A stretch of DNA of 64,000 bases, from NCBI RefSeq assembly GCF_009914755.1, contig NC_060927.1; one strand, 5' to 3'. Both the position numbers and the translations under genes were made by a program. This DNA comes from the human T2T-CHM13v2.0 reference genome, Homo sapiens. Below are positions 1 to 15,497 of the stretch, piece after piece (the stretch's first letter is position 1; every line of letters begins with the position of its first letter). The notes beneath the pieces were generated by a model. That model saw nothing but the letters and a program-made list of their open reading frames with translations. It ran no database searches and was not told the origin of the DNA.

Positions 1-329
1 AAAACAATGCTGACTTTAGTAATTTTGGAAATGTGTAGTCTGTAAAATTAAAGGAAAATAAGACTGTGCATAAGCACTGAGATTGGGTTGATAAAGTTGT
101 ATTCCACAAAAGCATGGGTTAAATGTGTATATATGCGGCATTGTTATACACGTATATTTCCTTGACATAGCAGTGAGCACACTTAGTGCCCAGATCATAG
201 TTTCCAATAGTATGACTCAATTGTAAAGACCAGAGATTTTTGGAAAATTGGATAATTCTAGGAATGGGACAGGAAATACATAAGATGAGTCTGGAGCATC
301 TTGTAGTACCAGTAAGCAAGAAAAGGCTC

Positions 330-1310
330 AAAAAAGACATCACTCCATAATCGCAGAGTCAAAGGGACACGGGAACCAACTGAAGAGCTCCCAAGAGCCA
401 GCACTGGAGCAATGAGCAACAAAATGAATAAAGTGATATGGGATTATAAGCCAAAGTACAAAATAAATATCCATTGGCTTTACTGATATAAAGAAATGAT
501 CGAATAAATAAATGGAGGAGAAAAGACAAATCTACCATGCAGGAGAATTCCAAATAATTTAGATTGAAAATCTACCCTCAAGGAGGGAGAGCACAACTCT
601 CTGCCCTTTAAGTATGAATTCTGCATTGTGACTTTCTTCTGAAGTGTAAAGGATGGAAAAGTGAGTGAGGGGAAGAATAACTTTCCAATAGAGAAACCTG
701 GCAAAGATTACCACAGCCAAGTTAACACAAACAAAAGTAATTGCAGTTTTCACCATTATTCTTAATGTAATTTATTAATTACTTTTAATGGCAAAAACTG
801 CAATTTCTTTTGCACCAACCTAATATTATCTACCCTTGATATAGTGAAATAAAAATCATAGTTTATCTCTGTGGTCTTCCTCCCCCAAACCCATAATCCC
901 AGTCTAATTATGGAAAAAAATCAGATAAATATAAATTGAACAATGTTCTATAAGTTATCTGACCAGTACTTCTCAAAACTATCAAGGTCATAAAAAACAA
1001 GAAAAAGTTTGAGAAACTGTCACAGCCAAGAAGACTAAAGAGACAGATGGCTCAATTATCCTGGATGGATGGGATCCTAGAACAGGGGAATAAAACAGGA
1101 CATTAAGTTAAAACTAAGGCAATCTGAATAAAGCATGGACTTTATTTAGTTAATAATATATTGAAATTGAATCATTAATTGTAAGAAGTGTACCATACTA
1201 ATACTAATGTAAGACATTAATAATAGAGGAAACTGCTGTGTGGGGATATAGGAACTCTGTACTCTTCATAATTTTTCTATAAATCTAATACTGCTCTAAA
1301 ATATTTTATT
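330..1310 (+). mobile_element. Old L1 (L1MC/L1MD-class) 3' UTR fragment, interrupted by MADE1
   Basis: L1M 3'UTR motifs 'ctctgtggtcttcctcccccaaacccataatcccagtctaatt', 'aaactgtcacagccaagaagac', 'ggaactctgtactcttc...aaatctaatactgctctaaaat'; left boundary approximate. Confidence 0.75.
732..825. mobile_element. MADE1 (Hsmar1-derived MITE), outer left TIR truncated, enlarged AT-rich spacer
   Basis: 'caaaagtaattgcagttttcaccatt' ... 'aatggcaaaaactgcaatttcttttgcaccaacctaata' matches the MADE1 palindrome. Confidence 0.9.
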
Positions 1311-3069
1311 AAATTTGAGGGTTAGTATGACAATTAAGATAACGTGTTTTTCAAACCCTTTATATGTATTGATTTATTTCATTCTTACAAAGACAATCTG
1401 AGATAGCACACTTACTATCTCATTTAGCTTTCACAGTAAATTTATTTTTTCTTGCCTAATGTTAGATTTTATTATCATCATTATTATAATTGAAGGGTAT
1501 TTAGATTTGAATAAAATAAATACCTTTAAAGGTTTAGAGGAACCTCTGAAATTATATACTAAATGCCATATGCTGTGTGCCTTCCTGGGAAGAGCATCTG
1601 AAGCACTTCTTATGTCTTCAGATCTTTATGACAAATGGATCTTTACACAATATGTTTCCTGGAGATTTAATTGGCATCCCACATGATTTGATGTTTCAAT
1701 TTTCCAGGATTAATTCAATGTAGAAAATTCCAGCCTCTCAGGTCACAGTTACAGAAATTCGATGAAAGGTCCCAAGATTTTCATTTCTTTGTATTTAAAT
1801 AGATGTTGATTTCAGATTTTTTTCTCAACATCGACTGGCAAACAGCTTTAAGAAATAAATGATGCTCTAAAGTCTCCATTTTTATAGCATGTTTTGATGT
1901 AATGATGTACTTAGAAGGATCAAATGTAATTTCTTAATATGTAGGTTAATTAATTACAGCTTTTAAAAGAGAGTATATTCTTATTCATGATAATCCAGAT
2001 TTCTGGCTTGTGACTGATTCCCAGGTCACGGTATGGGGATGAGGAATGAGTCGATGGGGCGTCAGTCTCACAGTCATCACCACTCCATTGTGTCTTTATA
2101 TCTCATATCTTTATGTCTGTTTGTATTTCATACCTGGTCCTACAGGTATCCAGTCTATGAAAGTTAATACCAGTAACTGCTACCTTCAAATACTGGAAAA
2201 GCATCCAGACAGAAGAAAGGTAGAGCTTCTTCTCTGGAATGCCGGAAAACAAAACTTGTAAGAAAGATCAAAATTTGCATTGAGTTAAATTTCTGCTTAA
2301 TTAACCTGAGAAACACATTGACTTGTGAGGTGATGAGATCATTCCTTGCTACCACCCATGTAGAGAAGAGTCTGGACTTGGGTTAAGCTGAATAAATGGC
2401 CACTGAATTTCCATCAAGCTCCAAGAGACCATAGTGTTGTTTCTTTGATAACTTTAGTTTCTTACTATCCGTGACCATCACAAATGTAACTTCATTTCAT
2501 CTTAGCTCTGAATGTGAAATCCTTTTGAGTGTCCTTGATATTGCTGAAGGATTTCTAAATAGTACTACTCAATTCCTAAGCATTCTTTTTTTTTTTTTGA
2601 AATTATTTTAAACCAAGATGTTCTCTAAAAGGATTTATAACTTACCATTAGAAATCCTCTTCATTGCTTTTTAGCCTTTTAGGATTTTGTAGGGATTACT
2701 AAGAGGATTTCTTTTTATCACTAGGGAAATATGGCTACAGCTACTATATCTTAAAAAAAATAAATCTTAGGCATAGCTTGACAGTGAGAAATGCATTTAT
2801 ATTCCCCTCCAGAACAGTTTCCTTATAACCCAAAGACACTTTTTAAAAGTATTTTAATTTGACAAAAACTATAACAAAATAAAACCTAGAGCAGTTAGAT
2901 CTACTTTTGTATATAGTTTACTAATATAGACATTATTGAACTGAATATCAAAATATAGTTTAGAACTCACAGTGCTTAAAAAGTCATGTTTTAGCACTCT
3001 GTTACCCTATCTTTTGGCCTTTTCCAATGCAGTTGTGTATAAACACAGGTGTCTTTATAAACTCTCATT

Positions 3070-3440
3070 CTAGTTTGGCCTCTACATCCAGGCCCATCCA
3101 ATCAGCTTTCTTGCTGGCTGTTGGCCAGGGATCACTCTCAGCTTCTAGAGGCAGCACTCAAGGGGCCCCCTTTTCTCACATAGGGCTGTTTGCTTTCTTC
3201 CAGGCCTTCCAGAGAACATGTCTCTGATGCTTCACCTTTTAAACATTTCACCTGATTGACATTTATCCAGGATAATCTTGCTTTTCATTAACTCAAAGTC
3301 AACTGATTAGTAACCTAATCAAGGGAATGATATCTCATTATAATCACTTTTGCTGCCTACACTCAAGGGAAAGAGATTTTACAGGGTGTATACACCCAAG
3401 TTCAGAAACCTTGGGAGCATCTTAAATTCTGCCTGTCCTG
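3070..3440 (-). mobile_element. MaLR LTR, MLT1E/F-like
   Basis: Ends in 'cactcaaggg...tacagggtgtatacacc...cttgggagcatcttaaattctgcctg', the reverse complement of the MLT1E-type 5' end. Confidence 0.7.
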
Positions 3441-6253
3441 GATGGGTACCAAGTTTGTCTCAGCACTGGTTATATGTTTGCAGATTATAGTTAGTTGCCA
3501 GAAAAAAATAGGAGACCTTATCCATATTAGGCCAATAAAAACAATTGCTAGACAATAATCAGTAATCAATACAAAAGAAGGTTTTGTCCTCTCCAATCCT
3601 TTGAGGTTTTAATATGATAAATTGGTTTATAAGCTTCATAGGTCCCCAATTAATTGTGTAAGTCGAAATATGAACTGTAGAGCATGGATTAGACCTTTGA
3701 AACAAAACATTCTTAATTAGAAAAGAATGTCACTTAGCTTCTAAATTCATTTGGTTCATTAACTCAAGATGTGAAATTTATATGATCACTGAGATAGATG
3801 TCCTCAAATACTTTTTAATTTTGTAACAAAGATATATAAAGATTGTCTGCAAAACAAGGCTGAATGAAGCCAGTTCTAAAGTGAGCTCTCATGGAACTTA
3901 GATGAGAAAGTGATTAATTCAAGCTGAATAAAATCTCACAGATAAGGGGGCATTTATGCTGAGCCTGGAATAAAAGCAGGCTCACAACTTTAGCACATAT
4001 TACAACTTTAGTGTGCAGTTCTTTTAATTTGTCTACAATTAATATGGTCTTATTTCTCCCTAAGTTCTTTAGACCTACTCATTAGTGAAGAGAAGAAAAA
4101 AAAAAACTACTGATGGATGTCCATTCCGATTTACAGCTCTGTCCAATCTGTCAGTTCAAACAATTTCTTCGGAAGGAGTTTACTATCTTATACAAAATGA
4201 TCAGTATCTCAGATTTCCATCACCACCTCCAAGATACTCTACAAAATGCCATCAGGTGTGTGGGTAAAGGAGTTTGGCTCTCTCAGTCTCTGTGGAGAAG
4301 ATGGATTGTGGTCTTTGGGTCACAGTGTTCTTTGGCTCATGTTCACTGAGTAATATTCCTTCATCATTTTCTTGCTGCACTGCTGTCTCTAAGGGTCACT
4401 CACAGTATTCTTGAGTAGATCTCTTTCAGCATCCCTCGGTGCATGGTTCTCCCTATCAGACTCATCCTCAGATTGTCCCTACTGGCACCACAGATGCCTC
4501 TGAGGATTGGCTGTGATCTCCATCAAGACCTGGCTGAACTGGGTTGCTTTATGTTCCCAGAAACAGAATGATCTTACTTCTGTTACAGCACCCCTGTAGA
4601 AGCCTCCAACCACATCCTTAGCAGCTTCAAGTCCCACGGGTCACACAAGTGTAGCTCAGGGAAGTAAAGCCTCAAGACTTCCCTCTGGCCACTCCTCTGC
4701 TTCACCATGGCCTCCCACTGGTGCAGGAAGTGGCCTGTAGACCATTTTGGTCCAGTAACAAATACTCTTTTGTGGACTTCAGTATTACTGTTGCTCATCT
4801 AATTAACTTTTCTTACTGGACTTTGACCTAGGATAAAGAAAACTGGGACCCAATTTTGCTCTTCTTCCCTTCTCTTTTCTCCTTCCCATTATTTCTTAGG
4901 GTCTAAAAAGGGGGGGATGGGTTTGCCCCTATTCCTCCTCTTATCTGGATCTTCCCTACATACAACTCTGATAAGAGAGTAGATTGGCTCTTGATATATT
5001 AAATGAGAAATACAACAACTTAGATAATATTTTCTTAAGCAAATAGGGTGGCTTGTAAGGTGCCTGTTTTGCAACAATATCATTTTTTTAAATGTCACAG
5101 ACAAAAAGTTACCTTTCTCCCAATATTGTTTCTGTTCCTAAATTCCTAATATTCCTCCTCTTTCACCCTCAAACAGATGGATACACTAGAACAACTGGGG
5201 TAAAATTTCCAAAAAGTCAGAAAGTGAAAAGAGAAAAAGCATTTTTATGTTTTGAAAATCATTTCAAACAAGGTTCAATAGTATTGCAACTAGCAGGGTA
5301 TCTAGGTACAGAGAATAGAATGAGCAAATGTACTGTGGGGGAGATTCTCAATGAATATGATCTATAATAAATATGATTTGATTGTGCTATTTGATTCTTT
5401 TAATCCCTTCAGAGACACCACTAACAATCACATTTTGCAAAGTAATTTGAACACAAAAATTGGATACTTATTTGTGAAATAGAATGAAAATCCATGGTGT
5501 ATTTGTTGAACACTGAAATATAATAGGGAATGGCACCTGGAAGGTGTTTTGGGGTCAACTGTGGAGAGCTTACTCCCTCAAGATGAATAACTGTTGGATC
5601 TGAGCAGACCAAAAATCCTCTAACTTTTTCATTTTATTATACTTTCATAATTCTATTGAGGATGAGAGGAGTAGAAGAGAAAGCCTTACTTATTTATGAT
5701 CATGGTTCTGATTTACAAGTTAAATGTTAACACATGCAATGCCACCCATTTTTAGAAGAACAAAACCAAGCCTAAAAACAGTTGATGTAGTTTGTCTTGC
5801 CCTTTAGCGCAAACTTCATCTGATGTCATTGCCGTTAGGTTATTGTTCCTTTCACAAGATGAATTTTATGCCAGACAGGAAAGCACTATATTGTCCTTCC
5901 TATTTCCTCCTCTGATATATCTTTATTTGCAGAGTTAAAAGTAAGGAAATAAGAATTGGTCTTTTACCTGCTTGTCTCTGACATTTTCTGAGTTGTATGA
6001 AGAGTGAGACCATTTTTCTTCATATATCCCCCTCCTCTTGCCTTCAGGGTTACTAGCTTAGTTATGTTTCTACTTGGCAGGTATTCAATATCTATTTGAT
6101 CAATAAATTTGGTTGAATTAACTTCTCAAGTTTATTTGTACAGGATCTTTATTCCATCTCAATGTGGCAGATTAAACATATTTTCTAATGGAGGATCATC
6201 AACCATACTTCTTAATATGTCTGTTTTTGGGGAGGGTGGAGAGTATTGTTTTT

Positions 6254-6638
<385 letters not shown>

Positions 6639-8429
6639 TGAGGCTTGATTTCTTTTTTGGAAGAAAGCAAGTCTTTCAGAGCCAAGTTTGGTGACTTAGG
6701 TAGGTATTCAGAGTGGGTGAACATCTTTCCTGTCAAAATAATCAGTGTGATTTCCTTGAGGGCCTATTAAATGATTATTTAGACACTTCCAACATACTTA
6801 AGGTTGAGATCGCTTATTAAACTTCTCAATATTTCCACTTATACTTGAAAGGAAATCTCTGCCAATAAGCAAGCTGGAGTTGTCGTTCAAAATCGTCTTT
6901 CAATAAATGAGCACTTACTATGTTTCAGATTCTATGTTAAATACTTTATATACACCGTGTTATTCAATAGTATCACTGAATATTTACAACAAGTTAACTA
7001 AGTCATAGAAATAAAACTAACTTAAAACAATTTCTAATTTTTTTCAGAATATGTGTGTGTGTATATATGTATGTATGTGTCTACGCCTGTATGTACATAA
7101 GCCTGTTAGGACCATTTTTTTTTTTTTATTATCACCATGTCCTTCTAATAAAAATGTAAGCCTTCCCAGAATTTTACCTACAGAGAGGCACAATATGCAA
7201 CTGTGGGAAACCCTCCAAGCCTTGGAAGTCAAACACTTAGCAACTCAAGGGATTATTCCCCATGTTCACTGTTGGGATAAGGAAATTTAGACAAGTGGCA
7301 GGGTCTTTTCAGTAGTGGCTATGTATTCAGGGCCATGATGAATGCTGATCAGGACAAAAGTAATTTATGGCACACCTGAAGTTATTAGCAATCTTGGGCT
7401 GAAATCTGTGACTGATCAATGCCTTCTGGGAATCACCATGCTTTATTTTAATTTCTGCAGTTAAAACTGAATGCAATGCTATACAGCCATGTTTATGTGA
7501 CTACCTCAACATCAAGTATATGAATTTGACTAAACCTTAATCCAGATTTTTTGTTTATCTAGAATGCAGTTAATGAGAATAAAATTTATTGAGCCCAGAT
7601 TTTATAGCCAACAACCATGCAAGTAGAGGGAAACTGCTAGTATTTGGTGGGGGTGGGTTATTTCTTCCTCCCTGAATGATGTTTTCTGGTTTGCTTCTCA
7701 CAGTCAACTTAAAATGTAAAATATTTTAGAAAGATTTAAATGCATGTATGAATTGTCTTTGGTAAATAAAGGTAAATGTAGGCAAATTTAAGACATCCTT
7801 ATAAGATAGAATAAGACTAAGAAGAGTACTGACATGCCCTTCAAGTGGGTGTCTTCCACCTCAGAACTCTGACCTTTCCCCTCCACACACCTGCTGATTT
7901 AGCTTTTCTTCAAGGATAAGGGGTTACACTGATCTGTCCACTCTGTAGGGCCCAGGCTCAGACAGAGGAAAACATAGTCAATTAATAAATTTTAATTCTC
8001 TGTTTGTAAAATTTTTGCAACCTATTCCGAAGGGCTTCTAATCTCATCTTAGTCTCTGTGGCAAACTTTTTGGCTTTCTAGAAATCCAGAAACTAGAGGT
8101 TTATTAACCTGGAGAATTGTGTTTGTTTCCTGAAAGCTTTCTAGCCTGTGGCCTTTCATTTGAGGGACCATACACAGTTGGTAGCAAAGGTCACTGGACA
8201 GAGAGGCTAGTGATTAGAGTCACCCTCCTGGTTGAAGCTCATAGGCTCTCATTTATGGCAGTTCCTTTCATTGCTCTGGGCCTCAGTTTCCCCATCTTTT
8301 AAATTAGGCAATTACACCAAATAACTTCTAAAATACTTTTAGCTCATATAAATAGTCAATAAGAGCAAAAGGAGATTCTAGACTTTTAGTTGGGGAGGGG
8401 GTTACGAGCCAGGAGGTGTGGGCCTGTGA

Positions 8430-8787
<358 letters not shown>

Positions 8788-9199
8788 GGCTCATGGCACT
8801 TTATTACTTGTTTCAGTGTTAGTTTATTTCCCTGTGTTTAAGCCTAGTGTACTCTCATGTCAAGAGGAGACATGAATGGGAAGTTTTCAACAACCTGCAA
8901 TGTCTAATCGGAACTTGTGCCCATTTATTCGTAGCAACTTTTATAGGGTCATCTATTTAAAATAAATTTACCCACACCAAAGGAATCCATAGAGAGCAAC
9001 AGTCAAAATAAATTACCTAATAATTCCTGCCTGTGGTGGAAATATGGTGCCACAGAAGGAAGGCCAGCTGGCAACCTTGGAGAGGTCATGTCTCCTCTCA
9101 TCTTGTCTGCCCTCTCTACCACAAGGTGTGGATACTGATAGTCGTAGGAAATATGTATTTCCTGAGCACTTACTATGTGCCAGGCCCTGAGTCAGGTAC

Positions 9200-9500
9200 C
9201 CAACATGCAGAGTAGGTAGCCAGAGTGGAGTCAGACTTCTCAGGTTCAAGTCCTGTCTCTATTATTTACTTATTATAAAACGTCAGGCAAGGTATTTCAC
9301 TTCTCTAAGCTTGAATTTCCACATCTTAAATTCTTCTTTGTCTTTATTCTTACTTGGAAAATTGTGTAATCTTGAGCATGTTTTTTGAAGTCTCTGAGCC
9401 TCAGATAACCTATCTGTGAAAATGAAGCAATAACAATATCTCTATCTCAGGTTTGCTGTAAGCATCAAAAAAAAAAAATCCATATGAAAACACTTTGAAA
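9200..9500 (+). mobile_element. Two adjacent MIR fragments
   Basis: 'ggagtcagac...ggttcaagtcctg', 'ggcaaggtatttcacttctctaagc', 'ctctgagcctcag...tctgtgaaaatg'. Confidence 0.6.
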
Positions 9501-11794
9501 ACCATCAATATGGAGAGATAAGATTTTGTTATACATAAATTTATAGCCTGTAGTTGAGACATGATGTTAAAGAGTCATATTTCACAAAACAGAATATTCC
9601 TGCAGCAGGCAGTCATTAGCAGAATTGAAATTCAGGTCCAATTTTCAGAGTTCAGTTTACTTGTTCAAAGAAAGACCGACTGATTGATGGAAAAGTGTTG
9701 TGATTTTCTCAGTCTCAAGGGTCTGCCTTTCCCACTGTTCCTTAGAGCTTGATCAGACAATTAAAAACAAGGGGTCAGGTTATAACTGAAAATAAAATGA
9801 TTTTGTGCCATATGCCAATGCTATTCACTCATGGGCAGGCTGATATGCTCCAAAGTGTCTGATATGCTTTCATGCCTATTAACAAAGGGAGAGAAACAAC
9901 CATATTATCACAATCATAGGTTTTCCACCACTGTGCTTCATGTTCAAATGAATGACTCTCATGTTTCTTAGGGACATCATTTTATATGCATACGTGAATT
10001 ATCAATTCAAAATATTTACTTGCCCTCCTCTCCACTCCACTCTCACATACTCCCATGTCTGTCATGCCTTTTGGTGAAGTTCCAATATAGGAGACACAAG
10101 TGGTTAATGAAAATAAAACTTGAGATAAATTCTCCTTGGCCTCAAGGACCTAATCTGAATGGGGAGAGGCAGCCTCATCATTGCTTGCCCTCCTCTTCTT
10201 CATATTAATGTTCATTGTGTAACACATTTTACAAGGTACTTTCATGTATATTATACTACTTAAGACTCTCAACCACCCTGAGATGTAGGCAGAGCATGAA
10301 TTATTAGCTTTCTTTTGAAGTCAGACAAATGAAAGCTCAGAAGTGATTTGGCTCAAGACAGAGAACCAATAGTTCTCAGAGCCTGGTCACTTCCCAGCTG
10401 AGCCCCCATCCTGATGCCAGTGCTTTTTCTCCCTACCACATCTGCCAAGCACAAGCTTGGGAAGACAAAACTTGCAAAAGGTAGCAACCAGCAATGAGCG
10501 CCACCAGGAAGCTGACTAGCAGTTCAGAGGAGTAAAGGGTACGTAGCCTTGGCCGAGGGGTTGTGGGGCACATAAGAGAAGCTGATTTGGCCTCTGTCCT
10601 CTAGAGAACATTTACTATTATAAGGGAGCCCAGATGCACACAAATGAAACAATGAGCTGCTGAAAGCCAAGAGTCAAGCAGTCATTGTTACTGGGGTGGA
10701 TTCCTTAAACATCTCAAAATGTCTGTTTTTTTTTGTTTTTTAACACAAGGCAAATATTTCTAGCATATGCAAATATTCACATAAAAATTTGTATTTCTCG
10801 AATGTGGATTAGCTTGTATCCTAGCAATCTCTGTTTAGGTTTCCTCTAACAGGAATAGAACTAAAAATAAATCATATGTCATTAGATAATCTCAGAGTAC
10901 ATCCATTAATTTCCTTTCCTGCTAAAAAGCAATGAAATTATGGTTTGGGCTGTGTTGAGAACATTACATGAAAAATGAGGAAAGGGAATCAAGACAGATT
11001 AGAACATAATTATGTGGGCTGGAATTCAGCCAGACCCTTCAAAGCCTTGCCAAGTTGGTGACATCCTATGTCCATCCTCTAGGTAAACCTGGAAAATGAG
11101 TACTTCAAACTCAAAATGACACTTTCCATGTAGCAAGTCTCCATACAGGCATATTGGGGAAAAACTGAATCACAAAAGACCACAAAATGCAAAGGGAGAA
11201 ATTAAGTGAAAGACTGAATAGAAGATGGAAAATATAATGCTGACCACTTATATATTATGGACTAGACTGTTGGCTTTTTTTCTCCCAACTATGGTCAGAG
11301 ATATTAACTTTCTCTATACAGATCTGGCTTGAATCCGTGGTGAATTCCCAAACAGGGTGTGAATTTATCACTCAATATTGGGAGCATCTGGGGCTTTTCA
11401 TTTTATTAAAATGATTTTTTTCCCACTACATGTGCTCCATGGAGCAAGGTCTGTACGTTATAAGTTAAAAGTGATTCCCCAGAAGGAAATCTTTTATCAC
11501 TGGCCGTAACTTGGAGTGGAGCATATACTTTATTTTGGAAGCTGCCTTGTGGAGAAAACAGCCCAGGGTGCAACTTGGAGACAGGTTGACAAGTGCATAA
11601 GTAGCTTGTAGCTGAGCCCTCAGGATGGAAAGATAGAACACAGGCTGTTTCGGCAGATGCATTTGAGGTTTGCTCATCTGTGAAAACTGGGAGAATAAAA
11701 GTACTTACTCATTGAGTTATCATGAAGAGTAAACAAGATAATGCATGGAAAGCATCATTACATCCCCTGGCATATTGTAAGCCCTCTATAAATA

Positions 11795-11995
11795 CTGTTC
11801 TTTTTCCTAATTTTTATATTTTTGTTTATTAATTTGTTTTAGAGATGGGGTCTGGCTATGCTGCCCAGGCTGGAGTGAAGTGGCTTTTACAGGCACGATT
11901 AAAGCCCATTGCAGCCTTGAATTCCCGCTCAAGCTATCCTCCCATCTCAGCTTCCCAAGTAGCTAGGACTGCAAGTGCAAGCCACCATACCTGGC
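11795..11995 (-). mobile_element. FAM (fossil Alu monomer, 7SL-derived), full length with degenerate tail, inserted in a MIR 3' end
   Basis: 'ggagtgaagtggcttttacaggcacgatt' is the FAM-type 7SL segment absent from dimeric Alus; TSD ag(c/a)cctctataaata at 11780-11794 and 11996-12010. Confidence 0.85.
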
Positions 11996-13334
11996 AGACC
12001 TCTATAAATATCAACTGCTATGTCAGGCATGATAATCAGGCTCAAAAATATTTCCGCAGAAAATACATTATTACTGTATATTTTCTGTTCTAGCAGTACC
12101 ATCTGGCTGTGTACTTTTACTTCTTTCATTTACTCCTGCTCGACTGCTTAGTTATTGATTTTCTTACTTGTCCATCTCTCCTACTATACTATGAATGTTT
12201 CAAGAACTAGGTTTATTACCTGTTGTCTCTGTAGTCTTGGTGCCTAGCACAAAGTTTAGAATTTACTAGTTCTCAATATATGCAAGTTTAATGGACTTAA
12301 AAGAAACAATTCTTTGCTTCTTAGTAAAACCAGCTTTGGGAAATATGCCAAGACTGGAATAAAACCACATCTCATCTGGTGTTGAACTTGCAAGTGAAAC
12401 AGATGAGAATGGCACCCTTCCTCCACCTATATTGAGCCCTTGCTCAAATACTTAAGGTTAAGTGAAGGCTGAAGGAAGAAATTTGGGAGAAAGCAGGAGA
12501 AAAAAGGGACACTGGGGGAGGGATTTAAAGAGCAAAGATTGCTCTTGAAGAATTCATTCTGCCCAAGATGGTTTTCCACTCACTTCTCTGATTCCCTGAC
12601 CACCCACCATCTGCCCCCTCCAAATATGGCATCTGGCTCGACTTTTAAAAAACAGGAGGCTTCACTTTCATCAAATTCAAGAAATCTTGGCTATGGACTT
12701 GTGATTTTTGAACCAGATAGGCACAATAGTCTTAGCAGCATTTTGTGTTGGAGTAGATTTGGAAGTCATAGTGAGTATTTCCTCACTGATTTTCTTCATT
12801 GGCAGTCAAGCAGATAACTAAGATCTGCTATTGCTCTTTCTCATGTTTTTACAACGTTCAAAAATAAGAATTTTACCTCTGTGAAATAAACATATATAAC
12901 AAATCCTTATATGCTAGGTGAAAAAGTAGAAATTCTTGCTAAGATATCTTATTCTAAAACAGAAAAAATACCTGCTGCTTTACTGTCTAAAATGTCATCG
13001 CTCAACCATTTTCACTGGTTTGTGGTTGAGATGGGATTTTAAAAATCCCAACATAATCAAAGTAGTAGCACAAGGCACTGTTTTGTTTTGGAGTGGGCTT
13101 TTTTTTGGCAAATGATGCAAAACACTTTTCTAATGTAGAAATGAGAAATGTGGAAACATAGGCTGGAACTGTAGCATGGCCAAGATGATTATAACATAGT
13201 TGACGTTTTCTTCACATGGTTAATCATTACTTTTTCGTAGGTGGGAAGAAGAAATTAGACTAATTAAATTGTGATCATTGTCATATGAACAGCTCTCAAT
13301 GTGCATTCATTGGAATGAAATATAGTTGTCAATT

Positions 13335-13535
13335 CTTTGATGTCAGACCTGTTTCGGATTCCAGTTTCTCTACTTACATGTGTAGTTTAACCCCCTTAAG
13401 GCTCAGTTTCTTCATCTATATAACGGAGAGATATATAATGCTTGCCTCAAACAGCCGTTTATGACAAGTAAATGTGATGATGTATGTAAAATCCTTAGAA
13501 TAGCACAGGACCTATGGTGATGGCTTAATAAGTAA
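13335..13535 (+). mobile_element. MIR
   Basis: 'gtcagacctg...ctcagtttcttcatctatataac...gtatgtaaaatccttagaatagcac'. Confidence 0.7.
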
Positions 13536-13541
13536 CTTTTT

Positions 13542-14540
13542 TTTAATTTTTATTTTTTACTTTTATGGATACACAAGAGTTGTACATGTACATGGGGTAC
13601 ATGGGATATTTTAGCACAAGCATGCAGTAAGTAATGATCCAATCAGTATAATTGGGATATCCATCACCTCAAACATTTTTGATTTCTTTGTGTTAGGAAC
13701 ATTCCAATTCTAGTCTTCTAGTTATTTTTAAATATACAACAAATTATTGTTAACTACAGTCACTCTATGTGCTACCAAACACTAGATCTTATTCCATCCA
13801 ACTATATTTTTGTACCCATAACAAACCTCTCTTTATCCCCCCCTGCAACCCCCCAATGAACCTTCCCTGACTCTGATAACCGTCATTCTATTCTATATCT
13901 CCATGAGATCAATTTTTTTTAATCCCACATATAAGTGAAAAATGTGCCATGTTTGTCTTTCTGTGCCTGGCTTATTTCACTTAACACAATGTCCTCCAGT
14001 TCCATCCATGTTGTTGCAAAAGACAGGATTTCATTCTTTTTCATGGCTGAATAGTATTTCATTGTGTATATGTACCACATTTTCTTTATTCATTCATCTA
14101 TTGATGGGCACTTAGGTTGATTTCATATTTTGACTCTTGTGAATAGTTCTGCAATAAACATGTGGGTGCAGATATCTCTTCAATATAGTGATTTTCCTTC
14201 CTTTGGATATACAATGAGCAATGGGATTGCTGAATCATATACTACTTCTACTTTTAATTTTTTGAGGAACCTCCATACTGTTCTCCATAGTGATTGTGCT
14301 AATTTACATTGTCACCAACAGTGTATGAGGGTTCCTCTTTCTCCACATCCTTGTCAGCATCTGTTATTTATTGTCTTTTTGATAAAAGCCAACTTAACTG
14401 GGGTGAGACAATATCCCATTGTGGTTTTCATTTGCATTTCTCTGATATTAGTGATGTTGAATATTTTTATATCTGTTGACCATTTGTATGTCTTCTTTTG
14501 AGAAATGAATGTTCAGATCTTTTGCCCATTTTTCAAACAG
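13542..14540 (-). mobile_element. L1MA-class 5'-truncated element (3' UTR plus ORF2 end)
   Basis: Antisense L1 3' end 'tgtacatggggtacatg...ccatcacctcaaacat...gttccatccatgttgttgcaaa'; diverged TSD ataa(g/a)taact at 13528 and 14541. Confidence 0.9.
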
Positions 14541-14921
14541 ATAAATAACTATTTAATTATCATTCAATCATTATTTACTGAGTGCCTTCTTTAATCACTA
14601 GTCATATTTAGTGTATTTTTATCAAAGACAATGAAGGTTTTTATATGTTTACATTTTTTGTTTATTTAAATGCATGTGTATGTTCCTGTATTTATACAGG
14701 ATATGCAAATTGAAAGGTCCATCCTTTCCACCAAGCATAGAGATACAAATTTTTGTACACATGTATTTTTTCTGACATTTTATTATAAACATTTAAATAC
14801 TCAAAAAGGTAGAAAATTGAACAAATGAACAACTCATTACCAACACATAGCTTACACAATTATCCTTTTATTATATTTGCTTTAACACATATCTGTCAAT
14901 CTACCCATGCTTTAATCTATT

Positions 14922-15241
<320 letters not shown>

Positions 15242-15257
15242 AATCTATTTGATTTTT

Positions 15258-15480
15258 GCTAACAGCTTTATTGAGATATAATTTATATACCATAGAATCC
15301 ACTTGTCTTAAAGGTAAAATTTAATGACTTTTAATAAATTTACAGAGGGTGCAGCCAAGTCCACACTCAGCTTTAGGGCCTTTCCATCATCCCAGAAAGG
15401 TTCCTCGTGCCCTTTTGCAATTACTGTCTCTTCTTAACCTTAGCCCAAGTAACTACTAATATATTTTCTGTCTCTATAGA
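15258..15480 (-). mobile_element. L1MB-class 3' end fragment
   Basis: 'aacagctttattgagatataatttatataccata...ctactaatatattttctgtctctataga'. Confidence 0.75.
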
Positions 15481-15497
15481 CTGGAAAAGCCATACAT

